From the human T2T-CHM13v2.0 reference genome, Homo sapiens, in the NCBI RefSeq assembly GCF_009914755.1, contig NC_060926.1: DNA of 64,000 nt; one strand, written 5' to 3'. A model generated the notes under the pieces. It saw only the letters and a list, made by a program, of their open reading frames with translations, made no database searches and was not told where the DNA came from. The position numbers and the translations under genes are program-made. Numbering within the stretch: the stretch's first letter is position 1; each line of letters starts with the position of its first letter. Of this stretch, positions 56,304 through 64,000 are shown piece by piece.

Positions 56304-57347
56304 CTTGCATAAATAACAAATGGCATGCCAATGTATTCTACATCTGTCTGTTCCACAATTGAGATGTTCCTGCAGTTAATATTAACAAAAGGCGCCTCTC
56401 CCTTCGGTCTGTAATTCTGTCACTGTTCTTCCTATCTACTTTCCAGTTAAAATTCTGATTATCTTCCTGAGTATCCCTTGAGGCCTCTTGTTTCTTTTTT
56501 AGTAGTTGCTAGGCAAGTTCTATGAGAATGCTTTAAAACATCAGAACAATCCAATGATAGGTATCCTCTTATAGAATGCTTCATGGAAATTTAAACCTGG
56601 CCTCCACACATTACAGCTTCCACATTAATGGTATTCTCTATATATTCACAGAGCCAAGTGCTTGGTTTGTTTGTTTGTTTGTTTGTTTGTTTAATTTCCC
56701 AAAGTAACTATGTTCAAGGCCCTGAGACCCAGTCTACAAGCTTATGGGATCTCATTGTCTTATGTCAGCTTTCTTATGTTGATGGTGACTTAACTATTAG
56801 TTTTGCCTCTGAAGTTATGATTTTGCTATAAATTGCCTTTAGTTTTTTGAGTTTTCATGAATGTTGATTATAAAAACAAATTAAGCTTCACCAAGAAATC
56901 AAGTTGACCAGTTCTGTGTTCAATTAAATTTTCGCTCCCAAATGATCTCAATTTTCCAGACCACAGGTGAATGCTTCCTAAGATTTCATTCATTATCAGT
57001 CAACCAGCAAGTACTGAATATGTTCCACATGTTTAGCATTAAAGAAAGCATTCTGAAAAATACAGCCAAGATCATCAGAATTGTGCAAAAATGGCTTAGT
57101 CCTGTTGTCTAGGGATTAAGGAATGTCTCTCTGAAGTAGGTTATAGGAATAGTTACTTTACAACAGATTTTTCCCAAGGAAAAGAAACTCTATTTCCTTC
57201 ACATTAAAAGTACACAAGTGTTGTCTTAATTGTACACAAAGTTGAGAAAAGCATGTGTTGCAAGTGAATAATTTCCCTTTTTGTTCTTTAATCTGACTAG
57301 GAATTGCCTCATTAATCTGCCCATTTTTACTTCACCACAACACTTAC

Positions 57348-57375
57348 CAGGATGCTGCTGCCTATTAAGATTGTT
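57348..57375 (-). CDS. 28-nt exon (phase 0 NNLNRQQHP; phase 1 EQS*)
   Basis: ttgtttgttttttaacatcag|AACAATC...CCTG|gtaagt. Confidence 0.75.
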
Positions 57376-57772
57376 CTGATGTTAAAAAACAAACAACAAC
57401 AACAAAAGAAAAACACTGACTCAGACATGGCCTTTCTAAAGTGGGACAGCTGTCTACCTTCTCTCCTTCCCTTTTCCCTCCTTATTTCCTTCCTTCTTTC
57501 TCCCTTTCACTTTCCTCCTTTCATTCCCTGAAAACATTCTATACTGGTCAAATGGACAACGAGGAAAACTATATGTAGCAGTTTCTTTAATGTATCTTTG
57601 TATATGCCAAAGTACTTCCACCTTACTATCTTTCCTCCAAATGCTTTATTTTTAATTTTCCCCAATTGACAAATTTATTTTACAAGTATATAGGTTTGAA
57701 CTATGTGTTTACACACAAGTGACACAGAGAATTCTTCAGCAGTCATTATTCATGGAGATGTTGCCAGTTTAC

Positions 57773-57832
57773 CTGAATGAGGAAGACACCAGCATTGACA
57801 TACATGTTTAAGCAAGATACGGTGATTTTTCC
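57773..57832 (-). CDS. Possible 60-nt exon (phase 1 GKNHRILLKHVCQCWCLPHS)
   Basis: tgctattttatatattcaag acceptor, CAG|gtaaac donor; length is a multiple of 3. Confidence 0.4.
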
Positions 57833-58543
57833 CTTGAATATATAAAATAGCAGAGTGACTAACTGATAGTGGTGTTACCTTTAAGCAGATTCCTCTATTC
57901 TGTTCATGAAGAATGTATATCTTCCTAAGGAAAGTTGTGTTTGAATAAATGCCTTTCTTCTGTGTATTGAATAACTTAGAAAGTGCTTCTTTCAATTTAG
58001 CATACACAATGTTCTGAAAATAGCCAACTCAATAAATATTTGTTTAATGAATTATGGTATCCTTGCACTAGGCATCAGTCCAGTTTAATTTGAGCTCAAA
58101 TAATACAAACATATGTCATTGTCCTTCTCTTTATGAAAAATAGAGCAACATGCTAATCAGCATTTAATTTTTTGCCTACTATGCAGAAGAATATGAAATG
58201 AAGGTATTAAGATCCAGTTATGCTATTTAGTGTATGTTATTTCGACAACGATTACAAAATCTTTGTCATCTCAACTATTGATACATTTGAAATTGTCCAG
58301 TGAGTAGAAGGTTTAGACTATGCAAAGGAAAAACCTTTATGCTGTTAATCATCTCAAACTTTCTGCCATTCTAAGTCGCATGTTTAGAGTAAAAGTCAAG
58401 TAGTATTTTATTCTTGGCAATGGGAAAACTATGACCGTTTTCAAAATGAATTCCTATGTGTCAGGTGACCACTAAAGCAATAATTTAGTCCCCAGTGTTA
58501 GTTTTGTTCATATACTGTAGCATAGAAAATCTGCATTCTGTAC

Positions 58544-58552
58544 CTTCTATTC
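58544..58552 (-). CDS. Possible 9-nt microexon GAATAGAAG (phase 1 GIE)
   Basis: ttttcgtgttcaccatcttcaag|...AAG|gtacag. Confidence 0.45.
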
Positions 58553-61500
58553 CTTGAAGATGGTGAACACGAAAATTAAAAGATGTAACTATTTAAAGGA
58601 TGTAACTTTTTCATTTAAAAGATGTAAACATTGCCTTTCCCTCAAACGTGTCCTATTATGAAAATCTAACTTACAGATATTCAGATGTTTAAAATAATTG
58701 TGACCACTTTGTCTCCAAAAGGATTTTGCATTTTGTAAAAGAAAGCACTACAAATTTCTTTTGAGAAACACGCTTCAGTACAATTCATTACACATGAATT
58801 TGACAACTTTTCATTTAGACCCAATTTTCTATAGAGATTATCATGTGGCAGATATTCATAAATGCTTTATTTCAGGTGGAATTTTACCTTGAGATACAGC
58901 TCCACATAAAAACATTGTTAAATAACCAGGTATTAAATATAGTCCGATTCCAACTTCCATTAAGTCATTTAAGAAAACAATTCCCATTGATGCTTGTCTG
59001 AGTGCTCAATATTCTTTTTAAATCAGGGGAGTGAAATATGAAAGTAGGCAACATACTCTGGAATTTTTGTTGAGCCTAAGTAACTTCATTTAAAGATAAA
59101 ACTGAAATAATAAACATATAATTTCCAGTTTTAAATTTTAAGAGCCAAGAACACATTAGGTGCACTTCTCATTAAACAAATGAGATAAGGATCTATTTCA
59201 GTAGCAATTAGGAGAAAGAAGAAATATGAGTGTCACAACCATTCTATTCTTCCCTCAAATACTATGAAACTTATAACATCACAATTGATTATATATACAC
59301 ACATATGTATATAGATATATGATATATTGTGTCATATGTATTTACAGATGCAATACATAACTATTTGATTGCAGCTATTTTTATCTCAAGGAGATTTCAA
59401 GCTCTTGGACACTAACATTTTTATCTCATGGAGAGACATTACAATGCTCTATGAATGGGGAGTATTAGCTCATTAATATTTAGAAAAATAACAGATTGTC
59501 ATAAAGTAGATACTATCCTGTTGACCAAATATTTGTATCTCTCCTTTCAAGCATGGAGGAAAAAAAAATTAGGGGGAACATTTTGCAAAATAACCGTTTG
59601 ATTTTTAAAAAAAATAATAATTTTCAAACTGATGCTTTTAATTTAATAACAAAATAATGTTATTAAAACTTAAATACTTAACATGTAATTTAGAATAATT
59701 ATCTAATGGCCCAGCTTACATTTACTTTTACTTGAATGGTTTTTAAAAGTTTTGCTTTTTCTATAATTTCATGGAGCTAAAATATTTTATGGATATTTTG
59801 ATGCCATGCTTATATTTGGCTAGGTAAAACTCACGGTTTTAATGCTGACAAGAAATTAGCAGGTCCTAACAACTTTTATTCATAAATGAATGCATTAATA
59901 ATCAAAAGAAATAAAGAAAACATTATACTATTTTAAAGGAAACGCTTAAAATTTTAAGAATGTGATTTTCTAGTTAAAATTGACCCTAGTGTTCATTATT
60001 TTTTAGGCTTTTTACATAAACTTACAAGATTTTAGTTTTATGTATTTATATTAAACTTTTTACATGAGACCAGTAAATAGCTTACTACTACTTTTTCATG
60101 TTATGTTGCCTTCTCTCACCATAGATTTTTGTCTTCCAATTCCTTAAAGTTGCACCTTAGTAGTAAAAAGTGTGTACAGCATTATCAGCTTTTCATATTA
60201 TTTTACTAATTGCAATAAAAAATAAAGCTCACCTATTTTTAAAATGTTATTTAATTAACCTAGTTATTTTGAACACTTTGTATCCAATATTTTTTGAAAA
60301 GTAAGACGACTTTCCAAATTCATTTATCTCTAAAGTACTTAGTATCTTACATGGAAGATAATGACATGTCTGTATGATCTTCAGCTGTTATAAAATGTCA
60401 GGTGCTGGAAATTCTTAACAGAGCTGCCCATAAGTCAATTAAATCATGGCGCCACATCAGCTTTTCCCCCAATCCCAAAAGAGTTAAAAAAAAAAAAAAC
60501 TCTAATAACATCTACAATTAATAGCATTCCTGTAGCCTGTAGGTCTGGCCTGTTACTTTAGTCTTCCGCTGACAATAACGGAGGGCCTTATTATTTTTCC
60601 CCCTGAGCATTTATTAGGCATGATGAGGAAAAGGTTACATCTCTGGAAAAGAGCACAATCTTCAACTCTCTTCAGGTTAGATGCTTTAATGGGCATTACA
60701 TTAGAAAGGCATTCTACACTACCTATTATATTACTTCTCCCAATTAGAAATTCCATTTTAATGTGATTGCCAAAAATTTAGTGCCTGCCCATTTGATAAA
60801 ATTGAGAGTGGCATTTGCTAAACATCAATTAACAGAAAATGTGAGGCAAATGTTGTATGGGTAAATTGGCTGCCAGTGGGGAGAAATGAATGGGTAGTAA
60901 TGGAAATTAATGGATAAGGGAAATCTACTTTAATTTCCTTGAAAAATGTGCTATAACAGCTATCTGCATTAATAAATCAAACTTATTGTTTAAAAAGTAA
61001 ACAACAAGATATTTTGATTTAACAAGACAGCAATCCTTCCAAAATCATAGAACTCACTATCAGGTATCATTCTCTTGGATATATTCAAACTGCAGGCTTT
61101 GCTTTGGCAAATAATCTTTCACTATCCTTAGCTCTAAATAAGATCAAACTGTCAATAACCAGGAAATAAGTTGTTAAAATGTCATTCTCCAATTTATCAT
61201 TTTAAATAATAAAAGTTGTTTTAAGTAAACACGTTTCTTTCCATGTCTATTTTTTAAATTTCTCCTCCATAATATCTTCCATTTTAATCCCACAATAGGC
61301 TGCGGCCTTTTGTTAATGCTACTTCAGATACATAAATTTCTGATAACTGAATGGAGACATAAAAAGACATAAAACACTTACATTTGAACTTAAAAGACAA
61401 TATAGATTTATATGAATTCTTTTATCATTTTATAACTACATTTATCTAAGACTCATTTAAAGTGATTTCAATCTGTATTTGTTTCCTCTAACATTTTTCT

Positions 61501-62559
61501 TTATAACAAATTTAGTTAATTCCATCATCTCATCTGAATTCTATGATCACACAAAGCCACCTAAATTAAATCCATACCTGAACAGTCTGGGTAAATTCCC
61601 CATATAATATTTCTTATTTAAAACTTTAGTATTAACTAAGTCTTTTAAGGAAGTATGGGCACTGATTATGTTCTGGAAAACTGGAAGAATATCATTAATC
61701 ATTAAGAGCCCAAAATATGGAACAGGGCATGTACATTTATAGAGATGTAATGATTTTTAGCACAGAAATTATTTACCTTAAACTAAGTACTAAATGGGAA
61801 GAGAGGGCAAAAGGCTGTAAATGGAGAATTCTTCTTCCAGTTTTGCAATTAACAGTGTTAATGTCGAATAAGTAAGTAGCTTTTACCTCTGTGCATTTTG
61901 CACTTTTACCTCCTCTGGGCCAGAGGAGGCAACCTGCACCATTTCTAAGGTCTTTTCTAGAAGTTTGATGAGTCTGTGTTATTTCTGTTAGTTTTTCTGC
62001 TTATTTCACAGTAGGCTAAAATTATGAATGAAAATATGTAAAAATAAACTTAGCATGGCAATTTTGGCATAGCATAGAGCTCATGGATAATGATTACACT
62101 TCTCAATAAAACAGTTAAGAATCTCTCTCGGGGCTAACTTTTTATTTTAGGATATGGGATAATGCTAACGAAAGGACTAGATTAGAAATTTATGATTAAA
62201 ATAAAATAAGACTAATACTGTTAATAATAAATACTTCTGATAGGTAGACTGGTGATTCTGGAAAGAATGATGGCAAAACTTTTCAGAAAGTTTGGTCCTA
62301 CCCATTCTCTTTGACTGTCTCCTGCACAAAGGCTTCTGTGCCTCTTCTTTTCATTTTGGTACATGATCCAATCAAGAGAATATGATCCACATCTCAAAGT
62401 TTTATATAATGCTTGCAACAATTCTCTACTAATATGCCTATTGATGATACTGTATATTTGTATTCATCTTTTCCATCTTCTCAGATCTCCTACACCCTGT
62501 GTACTAACTTAATATCAGCCATTAATAACTGAGTAAATGGAAGTGACCAAAATGAACTC

Positions 62560-63520
62560 TATTTTCTGACCACCAATTCCACCAGTCCACCTCTATCTGT
62601 ACCCATGCTCTCTCCATATAATGTTCTTCTCCCATCAGATGTCAAGGTTAACTCTTCTGGTGGTAATCTGGATCCTGGATCCACTTCCTGTTTCTGACTC
62701 AATAATTTTGTTTCTGAAACTAAATCACTCTTACAAATCACAAATTATCTCGTTACTAGATCATTCACATCAGCATTCAGAAATGCTGTATTATATTTTC
62801 ACATTTAATAAAAGAAAAATAAATATCAAATTCCCCTAGTGTTGCCCCGTTTATTTGCTCCTCTTCAAACAAAATTTTCTCAATTTCCTCTTTCCCATTT
62901 TCCTCTCAACACATAATAGTTGAGTTTTGTCCCTATTATGTCACTAATCCTTCTGTTTAAAGACACCAGTAATCTCCATTTTGTCAATTCCACTGGTCAC
63001 TTCTTCGTTCCATGTCGACTCATATCACTCTTCTGCTTAGAGCTTGCCGATAAATTTCTATCTGGTTTAGAAAAATGTCTGAACACCTTAGTCTGGCCTA
63101 TTTGTCTACTTCTACTGAAACTTCATCTTCTTTTCCACCCTCACCTTCTGCGCCAGGTAAGTCCCAGTAACACTCCAAGCCTCTTCACAATTTAGTGCCC
63201 TTGTACTTAGCAAATTGGCCAGTGAAGTGTTCTCCCTGAACTCCACACAGCTATGCCCTTCCTGCCTTTCACTTCTCTTGTCCTCAGAGATACCTTGCCG
63301 GATGACGCAACTGAAAGTCAGACATGCTCTTTATACTGTTTTTATTTTCTGCGGAGCACTAATCATTAATTAATATATTAATTCACTGATTTTTTCCTCA
63401 ATAATATGAGACTTATAAGAAATCTTACTTTTCTTTTGCTTCTTCATTTCCAGTCTAGAACACTGCCTGGCACAAAGAAGGCACTCAAAAAATATTGCTT
63501 AATTTTCTCATCTTTGTATC
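62560..63520 (+). mobile_element. L2 relic
   Basis: Pyrimidine-rich L2-like sequence ending agaacactgcctggcaca..gcactcaaaaaatatt. Confidence 0.55.
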
Positions 63521-64000
63521 TCAAATGTCATTACACATAGTAAATGATTAATAAATGCTGGTTGGTATTAAATGATTATAAACTCTCTTGATGAATTTAC
63601 CTACACTATTATTTTATGATGGTAATTTATCAGTGGCTTTTAATAGGTATTAATATCTTTCAGGAAAGATTTGTACTGGAAATAGAAAGTATAAATCAGG
63701 AAGTAGGAACTATTTGATCTCTCAAAACTATTTACTATTTAAGCAGTTGTTTCATAAATGTTAGGAAATGTTTGGGAAATAAAAAGAGTTTTAAAATCAG
63801 TACATATATCTAAATTTAGGACAATTGAGGCAACTCTTTAATCTATTAATTCTATGACTATATCTAGATCAAAGCTTTGGTTTTAGGGCAAAGTACTGTA
63901 GAGGCCAAGGAGAACCTCAGAAGGTTTGCTGAAAAAAATCAAATTGCAAAGTTGATTAATTGGAGAAAAGACAAACACATTTATTTAATATGTATATATG

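Noticed and set aside
60351-61612. Further possible exons at 60351-60384 and ~61578-61612, also ~52580-52591 and ~38763-38768
   Set aside because: One splice site is weak in each case; they cannot be told from chance without RNA data

Overview
AT-rich human (primate) genomic DNA: it carries Alus, including an AluYa5, plus L1, MaLR/ERV1 LTRs and Tigger/MADE1/MER DNA transposon relics. None of the listed ORFs is a real unspliced gene; they are Alu/L1/MaLR-derived or chance ORFs. The window appears to hold the 3' ~50 kb of a minus-strand spliced gene whose 5' part lies beyond the right edge. I could not name this gene from memory. Splice signals define a terminal exon (~7920-8362) and an unusually large set of candidate micro/mini cassette exons (9-136 nt) between 13.4 and 58.6 kb. 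Many preserve a common phase-1 frame, some add stops or shift frame, some are packed 53-66 nt apart, and the densest part lies in a TGCATG (RBFOX)-rich region. This suggests a combinatorial, partly mutually exclusive C-terminal tail cassette. Other notable items are a ~244-bp inverted repeat of apparently unique sequence downstream of the poly(A) site, a tailless tRNA-Ile 5'-half retrocopy with G at the wobble position, and a locally templated inverted copy of part of a full-length MaLR provirus. All exon calls rest on splice motifs only, and all counts were made by hand.
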